Assembly: GCA_012295275.1 (NCBI GenBank)
Contig: CM022673.1
Span: forward strand, 8,680,001 to 8,744,000
Reading direction: 5' to 3'
DNA: 64,000 bases
Source: Chrysomallon squamiferum
Lineage: Eukaryota; Animalia; Mollusca
The position numbers and the translations under genes were made by a program. The notes below the pieces were generated by a model. That model saw only the letters and a program-made list of their open reading frames with translations. It was not told the DNA's origin and did not search any database. Every line of letters begins with the position of its first letter. The first letter of the stretch is position 1. Below are positions 1 to 16,074 of the stretch, piece by piece.

Positions 1-296
1 TTTTCATCACGTCTTCTAAATCTGTCAATCACGATATTAACTGGCGCCAGAAAAAGAAAAAGCGAGAGAGAGAATTCCAAATAGGTATACTGATTACTCA
101 CAGTATTTCTACAGTTTAATCGAATCATAACTTTTCGATAAATAATTTAACAAATCCAATAATTTTCTTTTTGATGCATACTTCTAACATTATTATTAAT
201 CACAAGCGATAGTTACAAAATATATTAAAATGCAATGGATCGAAAAGACGGTACGAAATGAAACGAGAATTGGTAATGAAAAAAAGAGCTACTTAC

Positions 297-502
297 GGGA
301 CGTAATCTCGTACGGAAGAAGCGAAGCTGGTATTCTTCAGCGTTCGGGATTTACCAGGTAACTTAGACAACGCACGTGACCGGTCCGGTCCATTCCTTAT
401 ATAGGCACGCGCAAAACATGAGCAGTTCCAAAGAAATTTTCTCTGTTCGGCATTAATGAGGAGGGAGTAGGAGAAGAACGCTAAAATGGAAGGCATTAGC
501 AT
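297..502 (-). CDS. Possible first coding exon of an unidentified minus-strand gene running off the window
   Basis: ATG at 502, 68 codons plus 2 nt (MLMPSILAFFSYSLLINAEQRKF..., hydrophobic N-terminus) ending at a consensus GTAAGT donor (296-291). GC-richer than flanks. No homology recognised; could be regulatory DNA instead. Confidence 0.3.
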
Positions 503-733
503 GTTATATTACTCATTGTCTTATCTAATTAATCAGAGATGGTTATCCGTGAAATATGCTGGTGAAAACCATAGGTCTATCATCACTCTTTGTGTCTTGT
601 TTACAACTTCGCGCCACTTTGTTGTGCAAATCAGTTTTATCAGTCAGTCAGTCTCTAGGTAACTCCACGATTGTTAAAATTACAGTCTCTCAGTCCCTCT
701 GTATTTTGGGGATTCTGTAATGACTAGATTTTG

Positions 734-847
734 ATATCACTAGCAGTAGAAAAGCATACTGCAAACATCAAAACAAACACTGATGAAACACTGTTCAACT
801 ACACTATGGATATTTATGTCATATTTCATGTGTGTGTGTGTGTGTGT
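734..847. repeat. Dispersed direct copy of 14635-14748 (tetraspanin intron/exon-3 junction)
   Basis: 96 bp of unique sequence identical to 14635-14730 (offset 13901), continuing into a (GT)n run. Confidence 0.95.
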
Positions 848-862
848 TCATATACTAATATA

Positions 863-902
<40 letters not shown>

Positions 903-2087
903 TGTGTTCTATGACTGAATGTATATACGTTTATATATATACTTTTCTGTCTGTGTGTTTTATCTGTGTGTGTGTGTGGGCGGGTGAGGGTGTGGATGGG
1001 TGTGTGTTTATTACATTTATTACCATTCTAATTCAGGAAACAAAATTGCTAACTTTATTTTTATTATAACAGAAACAGCCACAACTGCGTAATCATATCT
1101 ACAACTGTAATCACCACCGCATCCACAACAGCTACAACTATTCTAATTATAAAACTCGGCAGCCTATCACTTCCGTAGATTTCACTGATTAAATTGACGG
1201 CTTTAACAGAGAAATAGCGATTAAAATATCTGTTGAATGTAACGTGCATTAGTCAGAAACAGCAAATTTCAAAAGAATGCACAAATAAATTACTGTATAT
1301 AAAAAAATAAAACAGGATTTAAGAATCAAAATACTTCTAACGCACTTGACAGAATTTTTGCAAAGAAAAGAAAAGAAAAGAAAAAGAATATGTTTGTGTA
1401 TGTACCGGTACCTATGTGTACGTGTTTGTGCGTGCGTATGTGCGTGCGCAGGTGCGTATTTAAAGGCATATTTGTTTATATTATTAGTTATGTATTAAAA
1501 TGTAATGCGTACGTAAGTCGGTTTACTTATAAATTATGTATCTAAATAAAAACGAATGAGATTTCTTTCATCAAACCTTTTGCAAGAATCATATATTTCA
1601 TTATTCTTATCAGTTTTAAAATTTGGGTTTACGTATAGAATTTCATATATAAATATAACAAATAAATAAAGAAGGCCAAAAAAAAAAAAAAAAAAAAAAA
1701 ATGGCAAACAAATTTTGATATTACTTGACTGATATGGTTGAATATAGACAAATCAAGAAAATCTGATATCAGTTTTTATCATGTTTTAATTGCGCACTGA
1801 AATACCCACAAACCAGTCATTTTTATCTGCTGATGTCAAATGTTTGTGCTTATCTCAGCTATTAAAAGAGTTACGTATTCATGTGAAGATTTTACTGTGC
1901 GTACGTCGACTATAATGTAGATAAAAATGTATTTAGAGGATCGTGATTTTTAGAAATATAAAGGGAGAGTGGATATTACTGGAAATGAAATACGTTTCAT
2001 CATGAATAAAAGGAACTTTGGATGTGCATATTATAACAAAAATACTCACATTACGCACGCACATGCAACAAAAAAATAAGCCAAATA

Positions 2088-2123
<36 letters not shown>

Positions 2124-3441
2124 AATAAACACAAAGTAAAAAAGAGAGAAAACTAAACTACAACAAAAACGTTAAGAAAAAAGAATAAAGTAAAAATCGA
2201 CTAAAATAAATAAATAAATAAATAAATAAATAAATTAAATTAAATGAACAAAGATAAAAAAAAAAGTTTGGACATGCAGATGATGTAGTGAGACCAGTGA
2301 GACCGAATCCGTGCTAAGCACTCTGAAGTAATTTAGTTACTGCATTAATTGCTGTTAATTATCCTGTGACCATTAATAAGATAACTGAGCCTTTTAATCA
2401 TTTATTTTAATTTTGTATAACAGAATAAGATACTAGCTTTAAGCTGGAGATATAAATATAATTTACATGTATATATAAAATGTACACGCAACTTATTCTA
2501 CAAGGTTTGCCACAAATAAAAGAGCAAATAACAATGTTTTGAGTTTTTTTAAAACGTGTATATATTATTTTCATGACTTTTTAGGAGTAATAGTAGTTCA
2601 TTTGAATGATGATGATGAGGACGAAGGCAACAAAAGTAATAAAGAAAGAAAAGGAAAAGCGTTGCATTTGCAATTGTTTTTTTGTTTTTTTCTACTGTAA
2701 ATCTCTTGATAAATAGGTGGAAATTACATCTGCAGCCGTGCGACAAAGTTAACCATTTATTGGTGGTTGTTTTTGGTGTTATATTGATATCATCAAGAAA
2801 AGTAATAACACTGATCGGAGCATTTATTTTATATTAACAACGGTAACATATTTGTTAACTCGTTAAAAAAATAATTAAAAATAAATAAATATCATAGAAA
2901 TCCTAAATAAACTAATACTAATAAGTTCATGTTTTTAATATTCGCCCGCCACCGAATAATTCGTTCTTTCTTCCGTAATTATCGAGAGCTCCCAAGTTCA
3001 AGTCCGATGAACAATTGCAAATATATGCCCATTATTTAATATAGCGAAATGAGTTACTGCTTATTTACGTCGAATATTCAGAACAGTAAAGCACTCAAAA
3101 TGTTTCATAAAATATTGAATTGACAAGGTCAGTTTGTTAACTAATTAGTAAATAATTAAGATTATTTAGTGCATCTTGACTTGTTTAGAAACTGGGATAT
3201 TAAATATTATATATACATAGTAACTATCTGATAATGATAGTAACAATTAACATACATTTTATATGCACATATATTTTACATTTTTAGAATAGTTTGAGCA
3301 TTTTGAAACATATATATTTATTTTATTTTATTTTATTTTCTTCTTATTTATTTTATTTTATTTTATTTTCTTCATATTTATTTATTTTATTTTATTTTAT
3401 TCTCATTTATTTATTTTTATCTGAAGGAAAAAAAGACACCA

Positions 3442-6400
3442 ATGGAGAGACCACCAGTGGGTAGATTACTTCTTGTTGGTGAAGGAGACTTTTCATTTTC
3501 ACTGGCTCTTTCATCAAAGCCAGGTTTCCATGGTAACCAGATTGTAGCAACATCTTTTGAAACTGAGGAATCAATTGTCAAGCATCAAAAAGCCCTTGAT
3601 AATGTGGCCATGCTTAAAAACAAAGGTACTGTTGTTTAAGCATGTTGTTAATATTGTTAGGATAAAGGCATACTATAACTTATCACCAGTCTGAATAAAC
3701 AGCAATTTTAAAATTTTCATACTGTCTTAGTAATAAATAAAGATAAAGAAGTTTGGTGTAATGTGTTTTTTGTCATTCATCTGGCTTTATTTATTACTGA
3801 ATGTGTATAGTCGTTCCATTATCTTAACAGCTTTTATTATTTTGATTATTAATTTAATTTACCCTATAATCATTTATTCATCATTTCTTATGATAGTGAA
3901 AATAATTCAAACTTTCTGTTTTTATTATTTTCTCTTTTTTTTTTTTAGCTTTCTTTCTCTATAATGTTAACCCCTAAGAGAATTTAAAACTGGTTTCACA
4001 ACTGAATAATTGATGGGACTACAGCATTAAATCTACTAATGACTAATTTTCTTTTTTTTACCAGAAATATGTTGGCTTTTTCTTTTATATTAATTATTGA
4101 TACTACTATATCATTTTTTTTTTTTAAAGTAAATGACTTATAATTACCATCATTAATTTTTTTTTTTTAAAGGTGTCACTGTTTTGTTTGAAGTTGACTG
4201 CACACAACTGCATACGGATGACCAACTTGAGGGTCAGTTGTTTTCTAGACTGGTGTTCAATTTTCCACACACTGGTGGAAAGTCAAACATCAAGAGAAAC
4301 AGAGAACTGCTAAACGATTACTTCAGCAGGTAATATATGTTTAATATTGTACATATCTATTGCTGTATATATTGTATGTGTTGGGGGAGTGAAAGCAGAT
4401 GTGTTCTTAGGTACATGTACAAACATGTAAGTAAAATGACCACGACAGTCAAATTTTGGCACAAAATAAAGAAGAGTTATGTGTTTATGATATATCCCTT
4501 AGAAAGCTGCACATGCCACTGTGTGCATGTCACAAGGATTGAAAACTTTAAAATGTAATAATTATACTTGGCTTTTTGGTAAGATTTAATAGAAGAAATG
4601 TTGTTGTTTTTTCTCGTAAAATTAGTGTACAGTTGGTATTTATATGTAGAAGCAATAACATTTAGACTTAAACTACAAAATAAAAAAAAAAAAAAACAAG
4701 ACATTCATTTCATAAGATTAGAATGATAATAATTAATGTCTGAATAAACAATTAAATAGAACAGGCTTATTTTAATTACTTTAAAATGTGAGAATTTACA
4801 TCATGTCCTTTTTTACTGAAAATTCAGATAAATAATATATATACATATATAAAATATTTAAGATTGTTTAGAATAAGTTCATTATAAATAGATTTAGAAT
4901 AAAATAAACAGTTTATATAATTGTAGTGCTGTGCAGATGTTGGAACCAGGAGGCCAAATTATGGTGACCTTATGTAAAGGTCAAGGTGGTACTCCTGCAG
5001 ATTATCCAATCAGAGCTTGGCATGACAGTTGGCAGGTTGTTTCATTGGCTGCTAATTCTGGGCTAATTTTGACTGCTGTGCATCCATTCCATGAAGCTGA
5101 TTTCCCTGAATACAATAGTGTTGGCTTCAGGTTTATAATTTTACTTACTTTATTTGATCAGTATTGTAAATTGCCCATAACTCAGGTTACCTATCTAATA
5201 TCTGTATGGTTTAACAAACTATCACCTTTACACTCTTGCCTTTTAATTATTTATATACATAAGATTGTGATTTATGATTTAAACAGAAAATTGTTTTGGG
5301 TACAGTATACATATAAAGACATAACATTTCTTGAACAAAGGATTTTAATTTTATCAAAAGTCTATATATTAATATGGTACATCTTTGTAAAATGTTTTTG
5401 TTTTTGTTTTACAGAACATTTATAATCAAAAATTGATATAAACTTTTATTTGATTATAATCTGGTTTCTAATGTCAGTTAAAATAAAATAAATTTATGTT
5501 TAATTCAGGAGTCAGGACAAAGGGTTTAACATTGAAGGTTCGTTGGTACATGTATTTGAGATTGCTGGTGTTCCAGCAGTTCCTGATTGCCTCAAATCAT
5601 CCATCTTGTCAGTTCAAGGCAGACATCTGAAATGTCCCAAATACAATGAAGATAAGCTTAGTGGGTGTGTACAGTATGAATGTAAACTTTTTATTAGTTT
5701 AGATTGTTTAATATCCTGTGCATTTTTCTGTTAAATGATTATTAAATTACATCATGTGCTTTTCAGTGATTTCATAAGGAAGTTCTCTAGGGGGTTTTTC
5801 ACACTAGAAATATAAGAATATTTTTTCAATCACAATGAACATAAGAGGTATTTTGTACAGTTTGTGGTATTCCTGAAAAAAAAGGAAAATGTTTCAGGTT
5901 TCTTTTACATGAGTAGCAGTTGGTCAATTTTATTTCTGCCTAAACGTTTATTTTTTTTATCATGATTATATTTATTTATTTTTGTTGATTTCAGAAAATT
6001 ATTATACACTAGTGGTCATCCATTATGCATCTTAAGATCAGATTTGGAGAACTACATTTCTGCAGAAATACCTTCTCATATTTGTTTTCCTGAAGATTTT
6101 CCTGTTGTATTGGATGGACCAGAACCTTTCTGTCACATGGAGGGTGCTGAAAAGGATGGTTTTAAATATTTTTCTGAGCTGCATACAATGGAAGAATCTC
6201 TCTTGTTACATGAACCTTACGTTTTGAATGTCTTGGAAAACAAGAACAGTATACATCTGTTACAGGATAATGAAAGAGATGAGGATTCACAGAATGTGAG
6301 TAGTGTTAATGACTGCCTATTTCAAAATACTGGTGAGGGTGACTGTTATAATGGTGATGATGATGATGGTGACAGGATGCCATTTAATTATGGTGCTAAT

Positions 6401-7249
6401 TCTGATCATCAGAATGGTGATGGTGATCATGCTACCTCTGGATCTATTTCTTCCTATCATCTGAGGACAACTGTTCTAGAACATTTAGATGAACTTGTGT
6501 CTTGCAGTACCGAATCAGTTGTGATGGCATCTTGTGATGTCTACAGTCGTTGTTGTGTATCTACAGACAGACTACCTGTTTCACACGAGATGGTCATCCT
6601 CTGCAAAAATGGAACAACAACAACATTAAATCCTGTTCAAACCGTTTGCAAAGCTTTAGAATCTTCACTGTCTTGTCATGTTAACCTAACACATTCTGAA
6701 AAGCCATTATTTTTTATCTTTAACTCTGGATTCAAACTGCAGTGTTCTGATCATGTTGAAATTGTGTTGGACAGTAAAAGGATAGAGATTGGTCTTATAT
6801 GGAGAAATGTTTCATCTTCCAAACCATTTATAGTTATCTTACTAAATCTTGATGTTATTGTTAGAACAGTGCATAAAATTCAGACTCCTTCACTAATTTG
6901 GTCTCAGGATCAAAGGTTCCTTGGACAGTTTTCTTCAAAACCTTCCAAATTTCAACCTTTCAGTATTCACAGTCTCCAACATGTACATGATATGAGTTTC
7001 TGGGAGTGTGAAGTTAAAGAATTTGATGAGCTGAGTTTCAGTGACATAATCAGAGAAGTTGCTGGAGATGTAGTGGTCAAAGTTAAATTAATTGAACGAT
7101 ACCATGATGTGGACAGTGGACAGTGGAGTCGATGTTACCGATTGATTTATACATCCAGTGATCTTGCAGTGTCATACATAACATCTTGGAAACTGCAGAG
7201 TATGGTGCGACTGGAGACTGCTAAGAAATTGGACATTAAATTGAGATAA
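3442..7249 (+). CDS. FDXACB1: Ferredoxin-fold anticodon-binding domain-containing protein 1 (N-terminal DUF2431/Bmt5-like methyltransferase domain, C-terminal FDX-ACB domain), 651 aa
   Basis: join(3442..3625,4173..4329,4927..5130,5509..5664,5995..7249) = 1956 nt, all GT-AG, phases consistent. Motifs LLLVGEGDFSFS, FEVDCTQL, FNFPHTGGK, LCKGQGGTPAD, DSWQVV, GFRSQDKGF and C-terminal HDMSFW...SRCYRLIY...KLR. Likely non-coding upstream exon ends at 3127, with acceptor at 3425-3426. Confidence 0.93.
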
Positions 7250-7394
7250 TGGATAAATAATTGAAATAACAATTTCATTATTTTTGACAACATTTTGTGG
7301 AAGATGATTTGTACATGGCAAATCCATGTAAATAATATTTTGATCTGAAGGCGTAAGACAGCAAGATGTTTAAAATATTTTTCACAGAATCAGT

Positions 7395-7405
7395 AATAAA
7401 ATAAA
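7395..7405 (+). terminator. Candidate polyadenylation signal of FDXACB1
   Basis: Overlapping AATAAA hexamers about 150 nt after the TAA stop. Confidence 0.45.
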
Positions 7406-7419
7406 ATAAGATTTTGAAA

Positions 7420-10400
7420 TCAGCAGAACAGATTGTTTATTCATATAAATTAAACAATCAAAAGATTCCATTGAAAAGCAAAATACATACAGGGTATATA
7501 TTTAAGTACATCCAGAACACTTTAAAAAAAAAAAAAAATAAAAAATAAAATTACATTAAAACAAAATTTGAAACTTATTCTTTTCAATAAACTGTGACTA
7601 GCATTAAAGTATACCTGTCATGCATGCAAATAAACAGCTAAAATACATTTAATATATTTATATTTGTTACCACAGATCATTGTTGTTATTAGATTTTTTA
7701 TTTTTTTTTTAAATACCAGAATACCCCCTTAAAACTGCCATTTTCCTTTCTCTTTTACTTTGTGATACAATATCATTCATAGTGTTAAACAAATAAATTT
7801 AAAATAACATGTTACTGACTTTTACCACCCATGAATAAATAATTATTCATTTATAAAAATATATATTTGGTTATTTGTTTTGCACTACCACAGACACACT
7901 TTAACAGTAAATTATAAGATATAATGCTTTAAAACAAATCAAACAAGGTAAAACATTTCTTCAACAAAGTGAACACAATACAATCAAAACAATTACTTAT
8001 TGTTTCTGATTGTTTTTAAATACACAACAAAGACTGCTGTGTATATACCAGTGTTATTATAATACTGATTAAATCAATTATTTTCTGTTTATTGGCCATT
8101 TCTGATTTTGTTACACATGTAATAATTTTAATATGCACATAAAAACAGGATTCACATTTTTTACTTGTCACACTTACTTACAGAAGTAAGTAGTTTTTGC
8201 CAAGATCACATCAGTTTGAAATTTGGTACGTTTAACAGTTATCGTACAAATGAATTAAATTTTTTTTTAATACAAGATGCTGACCTAAATATCTTCATTT
8301 TTTTTTTTTTTTTTTTTTTCTCCCTTGTTTTGTAATTATATATTTAATACTTGTAAAATAAAATAGCAAACCAAAACTGGAAAATGAAAAAAATTGTTTA
8401 TAAATATGATAAAACAACCAAATAAAAGATAAATCATGTTTTAAATCTGATTTTTAATAACAGTATTTCCTACTTAATCACAACAAACCGAATATTTTCA
8501 ACAAAACATATGCAGTAAACACAAATTCTGTACCTAAGTGTCTCTGCTGTTTAAGTTTATAATAAAGTATAATAAAGATGTACAAAACTTCAAACTGCTG
8601 TAGTGTTTGCAGACTACAAATGGCATTTAATTAATTATATTTCAAAAATAGCTTGTTATCTGTTTTTATTTATTTATTTAATCAAATTAAAAGTGAGAGC
8701 TCACTGTTACATTGAGAATATTTAACAATTTCTAAATCAGTTTAAGAAACTATATTCTAGGCCTGTTCCTTGGAATAAGGTTTAACATTTGAGCATAATC
8801 TCATGTTTATTTTGTATAATAGGAATCTGAGGTAGTCTAAAACTCTTAAGTTGTACAATTCGTTGTATTTGAAATAATAATAATAAAAGAAATATATACT
8901 TAACTGTATTTTAAATATTACAGCTCATAAGTGTATTAAATAGTCTAGTGTAGCACTGGGAAAAAAAAAAAATAAAAATCTGAACACAAAAACCAACCAC
9001 TTTTCAAAATAAGAAAACACCATTTTTGACGTCATTAAAAATATTAAATGTTCTGTTTTAATATACTGAATTATCTTGTTTTCATTCTATCCTAAGTTAA
9101 AAATATTCAATTCATTTGTGCATCAAACAAGTACATGATAACAAAACACCACATTAATAATAATTATAATAAATCATACACAATATCACTGGTGATCTAT
9201 TGGTCAAGAATAGTCAGAAATATAACAAAGACAAATTCTGATTGGGACATACAACAATACATTAAATAATTTGAAAAAAGCCAAATTATTCAATTTAATA
9301 TCTTAAGATTTATTGCCTAAAATCAATTCTGTTCATATATTATTTACAAAAAATATATCTTGCATGTTCATTAGTCTTTCTTTACATTTAAGTAATAAAA
9401 TCAGAGTAGCGTTTTATACTCTGAAAATAATAAATTTTCAATATCTTCAGATTATTCTGACCAAAATATAAGTAACAACAATTTCCTTACACCATGTGGA
9501 AATGTTGTGTAATATTATCTTTGGTAGATGCTTATGTATCCTATATATATGCTGAAAAAACATTTAAATCAAATATAATACATTAAAACAATGTTAAAAA
9601 AAAGTTTAGTATGTTATTATTAACATGAAAAGGGTTTGGTACAGTTGTCACCCCTTGGAATCTGGCACGACAACTGCTAACCCATAGTAAAGATGGAAAA
9701 TGGAAGATAACTGTCCCTAGAAAATATATTAATTACTGAATAAAAGTTTGCCAATTTGCAGAAAATGGTGATTAATTTTCATCTGATATTTAAAAATAAT
9801 GAAATAGCTCATTTAAATTCAAGTTTCTTTTTCAATTCAAATAGTTTCATAGAACTTTCATAACTTCAACATAATTAATTATATATTAATTTCTAAATTT
9901 TATTTTCAAATGTTTACTGCAATCGTTAAAACTGCACATTATTTTTCACTTCTTTTTGGAATGTATTCATCTGACAGAAATTTAGTTTCACTCATAATTC
10001 ATTATAAATAATCTTCCAAATATAAATTAGTTTCAACTAATTATTCTCAATTTTCAAATTCACTTAACCATAAAACACAACAAATATATGTAACATTAAA
10101 CAAAATTAAACTTTCCTATAATAACTATATTAAGCAACTGGAAGAACTTGCGATTAAAAACAGCAAATACTGTGTTTTGTGGACACAACATTTTGAAACT
10201 ATTCAATGTCAGTTATATGTCATCAACATTTATTTTATTTTATTTAAATTTTCAAAGTCAATGGGTCTGTTTCAAAAATAATATGTAAAAAAAAGAAAGA
10301 AAGAAAACCAATACAAAAACAATACAAAAACAATACTATGAAGCACAATATCCTTGTATATAAATTATAATTCTTTAAGAGTGTAAAGGTGATGCAACAC

Positions 10401-13072
10401 CAATATGTTTGACAACCTGTAGATATTACATCAAACACTTGAAATGCTGAAATGAATAAAACTAAATAGTCTTCTAGAACAAAACACACCAGTCCCAAAC
10501 TGATTATTTTAAAAATCCAAATCTTGAGTACTATTTTTTTCTTAATAAATCTTGAATATATGTAACTAAACTAATTTCTGCATGAATTTAAACTGAAGTG
10601 ACGACTTTTTTCGATGTGTTTACTTTTGTTTTCTTTTCAGTATCAACAATAACAAACACTTTTCTTCAAAAGTTATATCCTCCACATCACAAACTAAGCT
10701 TTAAAAATATTTATTTCTCTAAATAGAATGATCTAATCAACAATATACCATAAAAGAATTATTAAAAAATAATTCAGGAAACTCAAAAAAGATATAGTAA
10801 AAAAAAAAAAAAAAAAAAGAAGAAAAGAAATGCATGCCACTTTTGTTATCAACACCATCAATTGTAATTTACAAATACTAATATACTATATATATTGTAC
10901 AAATAATTATATAAAAAATGACTTAAGTCAGCTCAGTAACTTGAAGTTATAGTATATATACTGGACATAAAAATGCTTTACAAATGGAGGTAAAAAATAA
11001 TAAAATTTATAAACATTGTCATTGCTTTTTAAATTAAGAGGTATCTAAACACAACTCATTTTTTAACTTAATAGTTATAATAATATTTGCTTAAAAAGTT
11101 CATAATAATTTTAAATAAAATAGTTAGGTGTTTTATACCTGGTTTCAATATAAAAAAACCCAAAAACTAAACAAACAAAAAAATATGTACATACATGTAT
11201 GTATGTAGACACAGACGTGGGTGTTGGTATAATAAAATTTAATCATTTTATGCAAAAACATAAAGCAATATAATTAAAATGCAAAATATCACATTCTATT
11301 AGGTGTTTCTTTGTTATCTTGATTTTGAATGTTCCATGTCTAAAATCCACTGGAAAATCAGCATGCAGACCAAGGTGTTTATCTTTTTTGAATTAGGAAT
11401 TCTTGATTCCCCAAGTGTTAACAACTTAGGCAATGTATTAATAACAATTTCTAGAAAAAATTTCCAAAACATTATAGACAGTCTTTCATGTATTTCCAAA
11501 GCATTTGCTTCTATTTTGCGAGTTTGAGAAATTTTTAGCTTTTATTACAATTTTTTGTAAATGAATTTATTAATGTATGGAACATATCAAAATATCTATC
11601 TTAATTTACACCAGAATTTTTCAACTTTATTCTAATTCCAGTTTGAATCATCAAACAACAGTGTGAATTCAAAATAAATGGTCTTTTGTGAATAAAATAT
11701 AAAAATATAAACAACAATAACAAACAAACAAAAATATATAAAAAATAAATAAAGAATAATAATAATAATAATTATATTAAATAAAACAAAATAAAATGAT
11801 TACAAATAAATAGATAAGTAAAAAAGTTGTTAAAAAAAGTACTTTTCATGGAGTAAAAACACATTTGATAATATAATTATAATGGATTAAATCGATGCAT
11901 TAAACACATCAATTTATGAACACAGTAAATAATATTAAGTAGATGACGTATATTATAAAATTATTTGTTTGGAGATAGTAACAAAGAGAAATGTGCAGCA
12001 GCCAGTGGAATTCAAATCATAACAACAACAGACCTGGTTAGCTATTTTCACTTGGTGGCAGTGTTTTACAATACTGAGACAGTTACACTGTTTTGTGAGA
12101 AGCAGACCATTTCAGACACTTTCTATTCTCATATTTCCAAAAAATATATAACAAAAGGACTAGGATGTATTTTGTGGACTGGTGATTAACAAAATTTATA
12201 CAGCAAGTAAATAAATAATAACTTTAATCTATTTTTTTTAAACTGTAAAATGAAAAAGCTACAAAGAAAGGGGAAATAACTCATTAATCTTACCAGTAAT
12301 AGGAATTCAAAAAATATGTTTACAGATATTTATTTTACTGACTAAATATGGAATAAAATAAAATATATATATATATATATATAAATAATACAAATAAAAT
12401 AAAATGAAACAATATAATTACTTTAGTATAAGTCATAATAAAGGATTAAAATTAAACAGAACAACTATTAGATAAAAGATGTTGCACATTTCTTTAAATT
12501 ACTTTATCCTTCATATAATATTAGAAACACTAACTTGCTGACAAAATTAACCAATAAAACAATATAGAGAAACTGACATAAAAAACATTACTTGTAACAT
12601 ATGTTTGCATTATAAAATACATGTAAAATTTAACAGATATTTCATTCAGGTTTGGAAGACAAATTTCCACGCTGTTTTAACTAATAAAAAATAAATGTAT
12701 GTGTCAGATAATCAGAAATGTATACAGATTGGGCCTGCCTTATTCACAGGTTTGCCATTTTGTGACAATAAAAGTTCAATAGTTGTAACAAATGCATATT
12801 TTAATACAAATAATCTCATCTATCTAAATTCTTAATAAACAAAGTTCATTTGGACAACACCATACCTGTTCTATAATTTAACAAATAATTTCATTGAACA
12901 ATATAGGGTAAGTATACAATCATAAATGCTTAGCATTTTAAAAATTAAAGAATAAAATACCATTATTTAAAGCTTGTTTAACAAGTGGTCCAAATATTAA
13001 AGGGCTTCCAAGGAATGATTCAGCAAGGGTTTTTATATTTAAAAAAAAAAAAAGCATAATCACTGGATTAAA
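7420..13072 (-). other. Probable long 3'UTR of the tetraspanin
   Basis: No ORF, U-rich on the minus strand, lacks the long dinucleotide microsatellites found elsewhere, many conserved-miRNA 8-mer sites, minus-strand AATAAA at 7441-7436. True 3' end is uncertain. Confidence 0.45.

Positions 13073-16074
<3,002 letters not shown>

Noticed and set aside
395-405. CArG-box-like CCTTATATAGG; adjacent TAGGCACGCG resembling miR-124
   Set aside because: Seven W bases rather than six; the miRNA similarity is partial and there is no hairpin.
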